DNA of 64,000 nt from assembly GCA_036172245.1 (NCBI GenBank), contig JAYWIR010000013.1:3410001-3474000 (forward strand). The letters are read 5' to 3'. Below are positions 50,104-64,000 of this stretch, one piece after another (the first letter of the stretch is position 1; each line of letters begins with the position of its first letter). Both the position numbers and the translations under genes were made by a program. Source of the stretch: Raillietiella orientalis. Taxonomy: Eukaryota. The notes beneath the pieces were generated by a model, which saw nothing but the letters and a program-made list of their open reading frames with translations, made no database searches and had not been told where the DNA came from.

Positions 50104-53100
50104 TTTCGGGGCGTCTGGAACATTCGATACTAATGACCTGTGAGTAGAGCATATGCTATTAATGCATATTATTGCTCTTTACATACTTGTATTTAGAGCT
50201 GGCACGACCGTACGAACATTCCTACCGAAATGTGTACCAAAAAGGAATATATCACCATACATCACTTGATATTTCGTTCGTATCTCGCAACTGAAACATG
50301 GCTCAACTTAAACCAATTTCAAGCTTTCATCAGTCACTCTTAAATTCAAAATGTATGATTGGGGTAAACTTTTTGGAGCTCAAGGAATTCTCGGTTTCTT
50401 TGGCTTCCAAATCCTTACATATGGAATAAGGAATGCATGGAATGGAATAAGTGCATACGTTACAGAATGGGTTGAAGCATATTTTTGTAACCGAGATACG
50501 AACAAATCATCAAACTTTCTTACATTCCACCTTTCCCTTCCAAAACATGCATTATAACTTACATTTTCCCTGCGTGCCTTGCTTTTCGGACTTACCACGG
50601 CGAAACACAAGATACCTACATGAATTGCCAAGTTTACATCTTCGAGTTATCCAATTTTCACTGGAAAATCAAAAGCTGGTCGATCCCTCACTTAAAATGT
50701 AGGATGGAGACAAATATCACCTGGATACATCAAGAGAATATAATTCAATAAGATTAGTTCTTTTCATCATGCAAGTGTTTGATTGTTTGTGAATGTTTTT
50801 AGGATAAAGCCTTTGGGAAATACGTTTCTTTTTAATATCTACAATTATTCCACAAACAGATTTAGGATGAAACGTAACAGTAAAGCATAAGAATTCAGTG
50901 AAATTTTTAGAAAGAACAATCATTTTGTGTACAATGCTGTGCACACCCTGTCAACCATCCCTCTTACCAAAAATTCCATAAAGTTCCACATATTTGTGGG
51001 ACTTTGTGGAAAAAATAAGGAATGCCTTTCTAAGCAAACTATTCAATATATTCCGTGGACGAAATAAGAGAGATTTTCACTCTCTTATTTCAGAATTTCA
51101 ACTCATGTCCTAAGAAAAAAAAATCACTAAAAAAGTTTCATACCAGGAAAATTTACCTATGTCTATGACTCAAGGTCTGCTAAGATTTGGGCTCAAGTTT
51201 CGATTTTCTATTCCGTTTGAAAAATGTAAGATACCAGTTTATTCTGCCAGCACATGTTTCCTTACCAGATGAAACTCAATAATTCTTTTAATTATTAACT
51301 TTATTCTAAACCAGACAGGAAAAAAGATGTAATAAGGACAAAGAATACAACCAGATGTTCATATATCTCTTAAAGCATAGGAAGAAAGAGTGCATATGGA
51401 TGCTGTCTATGATCAGATCCAATTCTACAGGAAAAAAAAGGAGGATCACATGTAAATCTTATGCTAATCGTGTGCTATCTTACTAAAAAATGAGGTATTT
51501 TGCAAAGTTGACTCAAAGATGCTAAAACCAAAAATGCAGTATCCAGAGGTAGTTTCAACGAGCCGTCCTAGGAAAACGACTTACCTAGTAAGTCGAGCTT
51601 AGCGAGTTAGCAAAAAAATTAAGAGTTAGAAAGAGACAAACTTTCCGTAGATACAACACATTGTTCCTAACAAAGATTTATTCATTTTTTGTAATTTATG
51701 ATATCCCCGATATAAATGAAGATTAATAAAAGCTAAAAGCTGGTTTACAAGAAAATAGCTGTACGAATAGACATTGGAGAAGATACTATTCAATATGAGC
51801 TACTGTGTCCCAAGAACAAATAGTTGATGAGATATTCTTTGAAACCACTCTTAATGTGATGAAAGAATTAAATATTCTTCCAGAAATAAATGACTTATCT
51901 TGGAAAACACTTATTTGGATCTTGTTATACACCTCACAAAGACATGCTTCTTACATGTAGAAGATCTTCAGAGTAGTTGTAAAGATTTTGAAGATGGATA
52001 TTTTTTGTGTGCCAGTTGGCAGAGAAGTATCCTAAAAACAGAATTGCTCAGTAGCACAACATTTGGGCACCTTTTAAAGTGGGCAGCTGTAAAATGTTCA
52101 GTTGTCAGTTTCTATGATCTGTAACTGACAAGTTCTCCCAGACATGCTGTCATGCAACAATTTCTTTTTTCTGCCATGAAGAAAGTCAACTTTCAGAGAT
52201 TTAACCAAAGAATGATTCTATGATATCTGAAACAGGGAAATCCGTCAGAAAATAAAGGGCAGAGAATGGTGTGTCAAAGACATTTTTGAATACACAACAG
52301 CAAGAATCACAGAGAGAATCTGCAAACGCTCACTTAGTGAGTCCGCTTCTGAATGATTAGTCATAATCGTCAACAGTAAGTGATGAAGAGGTGAAATCAT
52401 TAAAGAACTACCCAATTCAGCAGTAGAATGTTTGGGTTCCGTTTCTTGATACTCAGTGGAACAACATAATGCCAATACTTTTGCAACTGAGTAGACGGGA
52501 ACTAGAAGAAGGAATTGGAATTTTATTGGAATCGTTGAGGGATGAACCATGGCAAGTTGCTCTATCAGCCCAAAGCTTGCAGTGACGAATATATTCCACG
52601 GAGAAACATAGCGCATCCTTGCTGCGATGAAACTCGATGACTAGAGAAATCTATAAAACTCGAGGACTAGCTAGAAAGCAGGGAAGAAAGTTAATTGAAC
52701 CTCTAATAGGAAATGGTTACGATTGTCTTTTCATGCATTGATGGCATCCATTTTGTATCAATATTGTGAAACTGAGAGGGACATAAAGATTTTAAAGCGA
52801 AGGGGAAACCTAATTTGCCCATTTTTTTTTCAAAAAAGCGATCTTGTTATTTATTAAAATGAGTGGAAACCAAGATGAAGAAGACAACGTAAAGAGCCTA
52901 AAGGACCGCAGATTTCGATTGGGGAGTAAAAAGAAAACGGAAAGAAGAAAATTGTGCGTGGTAGGCCGCATAATTCTGTAAGAGTCCCATTTTCAACAAA
53001 ATACACGTGAAGCTGAATCAACTCTCATGAAATCAAGTTGTGGACGGACTCAAAGTGGATAATAACCAAAAATCATCTCACTAATAGATGATTTGGTTCT

Positions 53101-56100
53101 AAATTCTGATGAAATCATATTCGATAATGGATTCACCAATTAAAGGCAAGCAAAAACAAAAACTGAACCCTTTTTACGTCTACAAGTGAGTGATGTAAGT
53201 GGGGCTCAGGAACATTGCAAATGCCTTAAAAGTATTTCAATGTAGCAAGGAGGAACTTTTGAATTTGAGTTCCGAAATTGGAAAAAAAAACTCAGCCAAC
53301 AGTGCTTAATATTTCAATAAGAATTTTCGGCCATCTCTTTACTAAAAAGCATTCAAACAGAATTTTATTGCGTTTCAATTATTTTCTCACACTCTTGTTT
53401 TCTAAGGAAATCATTTGTCTTACAATTACTGATTGTAGCTCGGTTTGAACTGGCCAGTTTTCTTTACTTTTCATCTCTTGTTTGATTTCCAAGGACTTCA
53501 GCAAATGCCAGCTAAGAAATAGAATGTAGAATTTAAGTATTTCTGCCTAAAAGTGCATCGGGAAGCTTCTTGGATATCCGGTGCTTTTGTCAAAAATTCC
53601 TGTCCACTTAGGAAATGGATACAGCCAAAATATAGAGGCAGAGGACTGCACTGTTCCGCAGAAAGCTGCTTCTGGCATGCTGTAAGATAGTCGCATTAGT
53701 TTTCCCCCATTTCTGCCCATCTCTGTTTTAAAAAAAGCTACAGATTTCATATTACGAGGGTTCCTTCAGTAAAGGATTTTTAGTGACGACATGGAATGAA
53801 CGTGTGTGTGTGTTTATGCGACACTCTTGTAAATGCCAGTTTGCTCCATGCTGCGATTTCACAGAGAAATAATTGATCTCTTGCAAAACAAAACAAATTT
53901 GAGAGATCCTATGTCAGTAATTTGGTTTTAGAATGTTACCAATTGCCTGTGTATGAAGTTAGTTTACTTATGAATGCTGAGGATTTGGATGAAGGGATAT
54001 TTATATATTTCGTAGAGAAATGATGGTTTATTACTTCATAGCAGAGCTGAATAAAATACTGGAATATTCAAACTTCAAAAATTATCAGTTGGAAATGATA
54101 CTTCTCATTTCCACATGAATGTTAGCACGCAGGAGATCTACCTGACGCTCTAACGGCAAATGGTTAGCAAAACTCAAAGTATTCTCTTAAATGTTCCAAT
54201 TTTTTTTTTCCTTTTTTTTTCTTCTACTAATTCGGTAGTATGCATTTCTGGCAAAGTACTGAGAGCGTGCCTCGTCACTACGATTGCCCTGAAATCAAAG
54301 TGGTGAATGGTTTCTATATCAGAAGACATGATATTTGAAAGGATTCTCAAATGGGATCCCATGAATCGACTTCCGCATAAAAGTGCTCCATCAAGATTTG
54401 TTAAAACAGGAAATCACAGAAGCTCAATTTTTTCTAGAGCTTTTCCTTCTTCACGAGCAGCTTCAAGGAATAGTGCTTCCGCTTCCGTTGCTGGCTGCAC
54501 CCATTGCCATGACAATTCAGCTTTTCTTCGAAAATCCCTTGGAAACGGAATCCCACATCACCAAGGATGCAAGGTTTGTCGTATTGACTTTCATATCATG
54601 CAAGAAAAAAAGCGAAAATGAAAGCAAGCAAATATGTTGGGGGACCGCTAAAACGACAATTTCAAACTGGAATTGGGATCTTCAAATAAACAAGCCGCTC
54701 GCCAAATTGAAACCTCGATAAATCGAAAGCCCACAAACCTCCAGCTAAGAGATACATATTTCCTTTGCTTTGATTCTTACAAATAAAGAATAGGAGGAAC
54801 TTTTACGTTTTTCCAGTGGAGCATCTTTTTTTATAGACCCAAAGGGTGACTCGTTTTGGTGCGTGCGTCTCGAGAGTCAGCACAGAAGCAATCCGTTTCT
54901 TCTAAATAGCAGGTTGCTGTGCAGGATGCGTCTGGAATACAATGATAAAGATAAAATAAGAAGGATGTAGTCAATGGACCATCCTGTCCCGAGTGAGCCA
55001 TCTCCCAAATTTTCCATTATGAAACTCTTTCTGCATCAGATATTCTTTTGCTGCTCCTGAAGCTATGGGATCATAGAAAAAAGTCAGATCTCTCTCATGC
55101 AACTGGCTGATCGCAAGCAAGTGGAATTCAGGCACAGTAGCGGTGGAAGCAGGTGGCACCAGGGGCACCAGCTCCCCCGACCTTCTCGACTACCTGACAC
55201 GAGGTTAATCGTGAATATACTTCCGGCGATGCCGCTGATTCACAACCTCTGGAGGGAGACAAGCGGTTTCGTAGGGCACTTGCTGCAAGAACGTGTGACC
55301 TTCGTGTCCGACTCTTGTCCCAAGTCTTGTTCGTTTGTCGCACGATGGTGTTCTCACCATCCCTGCACCTATCAGCCAAAGACTCCTCCGGAGCACTGGC
55401 GTGGCATTTGGCTGCAATCGGGTATGAAATACAGCTGCTGTTCCCATACCGTAAAGGTGAAGCCGGTGTTCATGTCTCCATTCATGAGTGTACCATCAAG
55501 CACGCCCAGAAGTATACCATAAGTGCCTTCATGGTACACTTCTGAGCATGTTCGATGTATTCTGTACAATATAAATTTGGTGCTGACTCTTTTGAATTCA
55601 CTGGCAAAGCTCTCGTCCTTCCTCAGTCCAATCCGCGAACTTCTTGCAAGTATCTAATTGGACAATAGAATACAATTTTCTACTTTGTGACCGTATGTTG
55701 TGCATACTCTATTAACCATCCCTCATTGCCATCCAAAGCATTCGCTGTCTCTAAGGTTACATTGCAATAATGAAGCACTCACTTTTCCTCAATGTTTTTC
55801 TCACGACTATACAGATTTCCTTCCACTGGAGAGGGGACTGGCACTAATCGGCAATCCTTTCAAAGATTTACTTATTATTTCCAAGATTAGATTTTCAGTT
55901 TAGTTGCAAGAAGCTTATTGATCTAAGGAATTTGAATCTTCTGAGGCAAAAAGTTACTTTGTTCCCAAGAAATCATTTTGCGAATGAACACTCTAAGAGA
56001 GTTCAGAGCAGACTCCAGAACCGCGATTTTCTTGTCGAGGAACTCATTTTAAAAAGGTTCCGATCTTCTCCAGCTTTAATTAAAATAGCAATTCACATTT

Positions 56101-58595
56101 TCCTTTCAACATCATGTCTGTTCAAGGCGAATCTATTCTTGATTTATAATTACTTTGCGATCAATAAAACATTCATATATCTCGAAAATCTTTATTCTTC
56201 AGAAGTGTACACAGTACAAGTTTCCCATTTTGATTAGCAGAATGAACCAAAATTGAAATAAAGACGACTTGACAACCATTTTATGCGACGAAGGAAATTG
56301 GCTGCTGTCTTTTCTTCCTCGATTCATACTGCATGCAAGCGCTTTGGGTATTTCTCCTCCATTAAAATGGAAGGTCTGCGGTTGTTTACATAAACGAATC
56401 GTTTGATGTATTAACCACTGAACCATGAGCCCATGTCGGTGGTAAGGAGGTACGAATTGCACGACCACTTTCGTTTCAGAGATTCGGCAGCCCCCCCACG
56501 AATCCCCGTCTCCCCAGTCGGTAGCGTTCACGGAGAAAACAGAAAAGCACTATCTCGCTTGCAGCACATATGCAGAGCAAGTGTTCCCCAGCCCGTTATC
56601 AAATAGGCACTGTTAATAGGCACTTTTTGATAATCTCAAGCAAAGCTTCCTTGGAAGATCATCAGACACGTTGTTCCGTATTACGTTTCACAGAAGATCT
56701 CGTTGGGGAAAGGAAAAAAAAAAAAAAGAAAAGCCATGCAGGAAAACTTTTCGAGATGACTTTTGTTTTTGTTTTTTTTTGCTGTTGCCAGAAATCAAAA
56801 CAGTTTTTGATTTTTAACACATGTTGGGGCAATACTTTTTCATGCCTGCCATTCCGTTTGTTTTTCTCTCTTGTGCGAGCTCGGCATTTGATGGGAACGG
56901 CAATTCGATGAACTTTCATGCGGCACAAAAAACTTGGCTTACCGGAAAACAAAAGGGAAAGAAAGAAAAACGAGGGGGAAAAGAATGAGCGCATTTCGAT
57001 TTGCAAATGGGAGCAACGCTCGGTTTTCCGAATGGCTCTTGCTTGAAAAATCAAGCATTGCTCAGGTGGAATGCAAACCCATTGCTTCAATCCGAATTTA
57101 CATCAACTTGCATTTCACCTCTGAAACCGCTCTGTTGTATTTATTATCTGTGCTGCCGAATCGGCACACCATGATGAAGGCGGGCGGGGGTGGGGGGAGA
57201 GGAGGACAAAGAAATCGAATAATCTACTGCTTTGGAACGGCATTTTTTCAACCGAGGCTAAACCTTGCCACTGCTGATTTCGACAAGCAGTGTGTACACT
57301 GTACTGTCGAAACACGCGGAGCAAGTCCAGCAGCTCATCCTCTCAACACGAGAAATTCACAGGGCAGTGGAGTCTCGATGTTTGTTTTTACCTGGCGTAC
57401 AGAGAACGTACGGCGTACATCCCCCAAAGTTATCTTCGATGGATGAACGCTCAAAGAATTTCTAAACATTCGAGGCACGGCATTTGGCACTTTTGTCATT
57501 CGAACAAGGCTTGCATTGTGTGCACGCACATCCTTCCACTTGTATGAATGCTTTCCAAGCGTCCAGGAAACTTTTCCCCAGGACGAAAATACCAAATCAG
57601 AAATCTGAAAGGTCAGAGTATCGCATGTGGCAGATGTATGTAGCAGTCTCCTTCTATGGACAGAGAAACAAGGTTCTGGAGTTCTGGCATCTCCAAGATC
57701 GAGTTACCACTGGATCTCACTCTCCCAACTCGGCGAAGGAATGCCGAAACACCGAAGTGTAATGCAAAGAGTAATCCAATGGACACGGAGAGATGTATTC
57801 CCGAACAGAACGCTGACCGCACGAATTGTACTCGTGTTGGCGTACCGTATAATGCAGATGTCGTCGTAACCACCAAACTTCCACGGGTCGTGGAAGCACG
57901 GCGCGGGGGATCTGCGTGCATCTGCATGTACCGTCCGAGGGGATGCATTCAGCAACGGCTGCCGAGTGCTCCACTCGCTCCTTCCCTTTCCTTTTCGTGA
58001 ACGCTTTTCCTTTCCGTATCTGCAGAAAGCCCAAAGTGAGATGCGTCGGGGGAATGACGCTCGGATTCCGTGCAGTCTTGCCAACCCCAAGTCGGCTTCC
58101 GATTCCGGCACCGCGTTTTCTCGTGCTCCAAGGACTGGTCGAAAATCGCCGCGGCCGTCAGCAACCGTAGTCGAACCTACACCGAAGAGTTGTTGGTAAG
58201 GTCTTCCCCCCCCCACGCCCACGCCCACGCCCCCTGCATCTTGATGGAGTCCAGGGGAGCACCACACGTCCTGAACATATGAATTTTTCCTCTCCGCGGC
58301 GGCACCGGCTGCGGAGCGCTCCGATTTATTTCGAAGCTTTTAATAGCACAGAATCAAAGCACCTTGAGGTACAGCATCCCGAAAAGTGCTGAATCTTTGC
58401 ACGCAGATGCCACGGGAGGACATACCGACACTGCGATCAGTGGTACACATCGCCGATGTCTTCCACCGTGCCCGCTTGTGACAGTTTGTGGGGGTGCATC
58501 TGCATCCGATCACGGTTCGAAAAAAAGGTTTGTATTTCGAGCATGCTTGTGCTGGGACCAGGTGCAACCCCGTGTAATGGATTCGGGGCAAGTTG

Positions 58596-58602
<7 letters not shown>

Positions 58603-58626
<24 letters not shown>
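58603..58626. repeat. (CTG)8 trinucleotide repeat
   Basis: CTG repeated downstream of the ZAD-ZNF 3' end. Confidence 0.85.
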
Positions 58627-58959
58627 TCCGAATGTGCGTGCGGTCACACGTTTTCGCAACCGTTCACCTTTCTGATGCTTACGCAGGGTGGAAATGTGAC
58701 ACACGAGCTGCAATAAAAGTGATGCCCACAAGAGTTGGCCATATCGTTCGTACCGAAGTTACGTGTTACTCGCTTGCATGCACTGGAAGAAAATAGTGTA
58801 CGCCGTCTCATTGCCTCGGAGCGGCAACACAAAGTGGTGAGCACACTTTGCTTATTTATTTGAATAATAATAAAATGGAGGATTGCATGTGCAACTAAGC
58901 GTTTATTCAAAAATAATTTTACGAATCAATTTCAATAAGAACTGTTCAAAACTTAAGAA

Positions 58960-61264
58960 TTATTGTAACGTGGTTACGGTAACTTCGTCACTTTCCACTA
59001 ATTCTTGAGGAGCAGCATGAATTTCAACAATAGGCTCCATATGAGATGATCTGTGATGGGTAACCACAATTGTTTGGCCTTGAAGAAGAGGTCCAAAGTT
59101 TTGTGTGCTTAAAACAGGAACAGAAATATCAGAAATAATAGTAGAATCATCTGTACTGATTTCAAACTGACTATCCTCATCATCTCTATGAATAGTCTGA
59201 ATGAGCACTTCAGGATTACATTGTGGATGAGCCTGGGTTATATGGTTCAGCAGCATTGGCTTTCTCATGAAACCCTGTTGACAAAGACCACATTCATAAG
59301 GTTTTCGGTCGGTGTGGATGTACTGATGAGCATTTCGATTATCTTTGCTTGCAAAACCTTTTCCACAATATGCACACTTCCACGGTTTCTCTCCTGTATG
59401 AATTATCATGTGCTTCTTTAAGTGACCAGGATAGACAAAGCCTGTGCCACAGATTTCGCAAATAAGAGGCTTTTCACCAGTATGAACGGACATTCGATGC
59501 CAGTTTAGCAAACGCCGTCTTTTGAAGCCTTTTCCACAAATTTCACACCTGTATTTTCGATCTTGCTCATGTGTATATTTTTTATGAGAGTATAAGTTGG
59601 AACGCTGGCAGAAAGTTGTGCCACACTCTTCACACTGATAAGGACGTTCACCAGTATGAGTGCGCTCATGGTTTGCAAGCTGGGGTTTGCGTAGAAATCC
59701 TTTTCCACAAAACTGGCAACGAAAAGGTCGTGCTTCTCCATGCACAGGAAGATGGACTTCTAGGGCTCGATAGGTATTGAATACCTTTCCACATACTTCA
59801 CATGGATGACTATCTGCATGCACTTTCAGATGTTCTTCCAACTGACTACTGTGAAAAAACATTTTCCCACAAGTATCACAACGGTGAGTTTTTTCTCCAA
59901 TGTCATGAGTCTTTATATGTGCTTTATAGCAAGCTCTCAAAGCAAATGTTTGATTACACACATTACACTTCAAAGTCTGATCAGCAGCATGCAAACCATC
60001 ATGTTCCATTAGCTCCTTAAGGGTGACAAAGTACTTTCCACATAAGTCACACAAAATGATTTTTCCAGAATGAAAGCGCTGATGCTTTTGATACTGTTTG
60101 TATTGGTAGAAAACTTGTTGGCATATTTCACACTTAAATTCATCACCCACATTTTCGTGATCTGCAATATGCTGCATAAGTTCTCGTTTTAAATTAAATT
60201 CCTCCTTGCAAATATCACATTTGAAAAAACTGAGTCTCTTGTGAACGTATTTAATATGATCTGTAATGAATTTTCGTACGGTAAAATGCTTGTCACAGTA
60301 AGGACATTTGAAGTTTCCCATTGCTGACCCAGGTTTCCTGCCTCGTTTTTTTTTTACTGGTAAATTTACTTTGCCATCTTCCATAATTGTATCTCCAGGA
60401 ACATATGTCGGATCAGTAAACATTTCTTGTATGTTAGGTGTGTCAGCACCATCCTCAAGTTTGTTAGCACCCACATTTTTCTAAAAATTTGATAGATTAG
60501 GTTACATGGATCCTCATTTAAATACAACATTCACTCAAATTTACAATCATAACTTTTGGTTTCAAATAAATTCAGACCTTTGTTGTTAATAAAGATGGCA
60601 AATTTGGTATGCAGTCACAATTATTGATACAGTGGCAATGAGAAAAAGGCAATTCACAGCTTGCCACTATTCAAAAGCTAAATATCTCCCCATTACAGTT
60701 TGAGACTTCAGTAAAGCTCATAAAACAAAAGCACAAAAGCAAAAAAATTAAACGACAAAACCCCCCCAAAAAAAGAAACAAACTTACTTGACTATTTTCC
60801 CAAGCTGGGGTTTCATTATCAGCTTCCATTTCCATCGAGTCTTGCAATAAAACTGCATTGCTCAACTGTGAATCTACATATGATGTGTTTTCCATTATCT
60901 GTGGAACTTCATTTTCTGCAGTTGATACAGATAATCCAGGGTCGTCTTCTGTTTTGAAAATATGTAATGGATTTTTCCTTACAGCTCTGAATTTAAACTT
61001 CTCACACAGCTCACTTTTACACTGATAGATGGATTCTTCAAAATCATCAATTTCCTCAATCAATCTAAAGCATTTTTTACAGATATAATGGCTTTGTTCA
61101 ACAGAATTAAGCAAATCTGTTCCCAAAATGTTGCTCAATTTTTCACTAAGAACTTCTTTGGTAAAGTTTGTCTTGCTGCGGAAAACATCACATACACCTC
61201 TGGAAGTTCTTGTGATAGTACTATCACAAACTATACAGAAATCATGAAAAGCTGTATTTGCCAT
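58960..61264 (-). CDS. ZAD-domain C2H2 zinc-finger transcription factor (13 fingers); 2 exons, 665 aa
   Basis: Exon 1 (61264-60788) encodes a zf-AD-like CIVC...LSEKLSNILG...ICKKCFRLIEEID domain and ends at a GTAAGT donor. Exon 2 (60480-58960) has KKKRGRKP and 13 CxxC-x12-Hx3-4H fingers with HTGEKP/HTGERP linkers. Minus-strand AATAAA at 58902-58907. Confidence 0.93.
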
Positions 61265-64000
61265 CTGATGTTTAATTCAACTTGAGATTCATTATCAAGA
61301 ATGCCTCAATAATCTCAAAAAAATTGTTTTCAAATCACTGTGAAATTCCATCTGAAAATGTCATTACCACTTTTTAAAAAAAAAAACACGAACACAGACA
61401 CATGTTGAGAGCGCATTTTCGTACCATATTTATCTGATAGTGTACTTATCACGAAAACAAAACACTTAATTGTAAAACACAAATATATAAGCCATAACGC
61501 TAATCCTGATTTGGATTTACCTCTGAAACGCAGCAGGGTAACTCCAGGAAAGTTTTCATGCGAAAATATGTTGTTGTAAGAAAGCAAAATTGGTCATGGC
61601 TGATCATTTAATTATTACTGAAAGCACCAAATGAATAAAAATATAATGTAAAATTATGCATGGGCTTTGCAGTTGCAATTACTAACGACTAAGTGAAACT
61701 GTTACTTGCTGTAACAACATGGCAGTCCTGGCTTACATGCACGCTTTGTGAAACGGAGATGCGCTTTTGATTTCCCAGTTAAATTACTTTGAAAATGTGT
61801 TCACTAGAATATCCAAGAAGTGTTTGGCCCAAATTTCGGCAATCGAATGCGAACTTTTCTTTGCAGAGTTTTTTTCCCCTTCTCCCCTCTTATCTTTAAT
61901 TAGAAGCATTAGTTTCTTGAGTGTTGGTAATTCTGGCATGCGTTCAATAGAGGAAAGATGGCAGCACGAATGAGACAACTGGTTTCTGTATTTGAAAGCA
62001 CTGGTGGTGGGCTTGGTGTACGTGCAGCGTCGACTACACGTGTACTGTACGCCTGATGAATACCAAGGGAAACGTCGTGCACGCGGAAGACCAATTTAGG
62101 AAATCATTCTGAGGGGGGGGAAAAAAAAAAAATGTGAGACGCGAAAGTAAAGAAATTTAGCAAAACAATTGCAGATAACGGAAAATATTGCGCAACCGAA
62201 AACCGTTCGTGGACGTGCATGCGGAGGTTCTCTCTAAACGATTAAATAGGAGGGTCCGTAGGTTACGAGAAGATATACACTATCTGTTTTCAGAATCATC
62301 GACCCAGGTCATTGTGGTGTGTTGGTACGTTTCGAGGTGATTCATGGGAGATTATTTTGAGGGATTCCAAGCAAGGCTGCCTTCGTTGTGGGCAGCCGAA
62401 GCCACCCGGCGGTCACCTATGAAACCTATTTGTGGTACCTGCCACACCTTGCTTGGCCTTGGTCAGTGGGGATTTCCCCCTCCCCCCCCCCCCTTGCATT
62501 TTGTCTCTGCCCCTTTACAGTTCATTAAGGAAATGAAATGGAAGTGAAATGAAACGTCTTTCGGGGAACTGCTTGTGAACGGAAACGAACAAGCGGTTAG
62601 CAGCTCATCAGTTATTTTGCTCACGAAAGACAGGAAGGGGGGGGGGGATGGCTGACCGAAATGTAAAAAAAAAAAAAAAACTTTTATTATTATTATTATT
62701 TTTATATTTTTTTTTTCAAAACAGATGGCCAGTAGTGGACTTCATTATCATGTGCTTTCGGTGCGTTTGGTTTCTGGGCACGTATTCTGAGCTTTCGTTT
62801 GATGGTTACGTTAAAAAATGACTTTCTGCTTCTTATAATGTGTCAGATGAAAGAGTGAATCCAATCCCATACACGTTAAGTGTTCAAGTGCGTGCGTTCC
62901 TCTCCAGTGTTGCTCGTTGCACTGCCTTCGTGAAAGGGTTGGATTCATTATTTCGACGAGTGAGGAAAGGCACTCTTGGCTCGTGCGGCAGTATAAGGCA
63001 TCGACTCGACAAAGAGCAGCCTGGACACGGAAGAACCCCAAGCTGGAACGGAGGTTCTGCTTCCGGGCGCGGCACACATCCTGCACAGCACGCGGCACAC
63101 TTGGGCCGTGCGCGTAATTCCTAGTTTCACCCACTCCCTAATCTGCACCGGCATCGATTAGTTCAAAACACTTATCGCAGCACGAAGTTATTTCACAGAT
63201 ACGTTATCTAATAAAGCTACATGTATTCCTGCAATTGGTACATCACATCGGGTTCACCAAGATGGTGAGTGATGATACCACCAGGACGGTGGTAGTGGCA
63301 TTTCATCGAAGCCTTCTCTTAGGGAAATGGTGCCACCCCAGGTTAAAAGTTTCGAGGCTCCAACTCGTAAAGGCGTGATTCGGAGAGGGATCCAATCTTC
63401 GGGAGTCGGGCTGAAACAGAATACTCAGTGCTCCAGAGCGGACTCCAGAGCCTGTGATCACAACCTTTTCGAATCTGTAGTATGCTTCCGGTTCACTTTG
63501 CCTGCAGACGAGCTCAGCTTTTTCGAGTGTTTCATTTTTAACTTTCAAGTGCCCATTCTGTGATTTCATGATGGCGACAAAAATGGTTCCATCTCATGTT
63601 GCCTTCCGTAGATCACTGCAAAAGCAGAATCTTATCAAACAACAGACGATCATTAATGAATAGTTGAATGTGAGCTAGGGGATCTCTGTGGAAATCAATT
63701 CAAGAACGGATTTTTGAAGCTTGTGTCTGTCGCCGGAATCGTGTCTCGAATAATAGAAGAAGAAAAAAAAATGCATTGTCCATACATTTAAAGTGACAAG
63801 CATGATGCTTCTCCTTAAGCTGGGGCATCTCGTTTAGCTTTACATGAATGAAACGAAAATTTGTGCAAATTTCCCCAAGTGACGCTTTCTATACTGAGCA
63901 CTTTGAAATGGCTGTTGTCTTTTTTTGTTCTCATGCTGTGTGTGTTATCTGATTACTTGAAAAAACGCATGTTTTGATTTTTCTAGACAAACATAGGAAG

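Noticed and set aside
51900..52616. ORFs 52245-52616 and 51900-52124 as a gene
   Set aside because: No motif was recognised, and the downstream candidate exon has stops in all frames.

Overview
This is animal genomic DNA, most likely from an arthropod and possibly a crustacean (inferred from a ZAD-type zinc-finger gene together with a retained animal-type HAAO gene). Six spliced protein-coding genes could be rebuilt exon by exon: epsin/liquid facets (+, 4211-5837), FAM98 (+, 18487-24316), a 3-hydroxyanthranilate 3,4-dioxygenase-like gene (-, 35264-32867), a UDP-glycosyltransferase (+, about 42478-44475), NOP53/GLTSCR2 (-, 50103-48328) and a ZAD plus 13 C2H2 zinc-finger gene (-, 61264-58960). 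Two decayed non-LTR retrotransposons lie between epsin and FAM98: an L1/Tx1-like element and a probable RLE/R4-like element. Base composition is a sharp mosaic. The housekeeping genes are AT-rich and CpG-depleted, and epsin and NOP53 have mostly 42-51 nt introns. A GC- and CpG-rich block of about 19 kb carries the divergent HAAO-like and UGT genes. The most notable observations are that the HAAO-like protein keeps its iron ligands but has Gln in place of the conserved active-site Glu (plus other substrate-loop changes), and that the neighbouring UGT gene is bracketed by two near-identical ~340-bp direct repeats. No prokaryotic system, CRISPR array, rRNA or tRNA could be supported.
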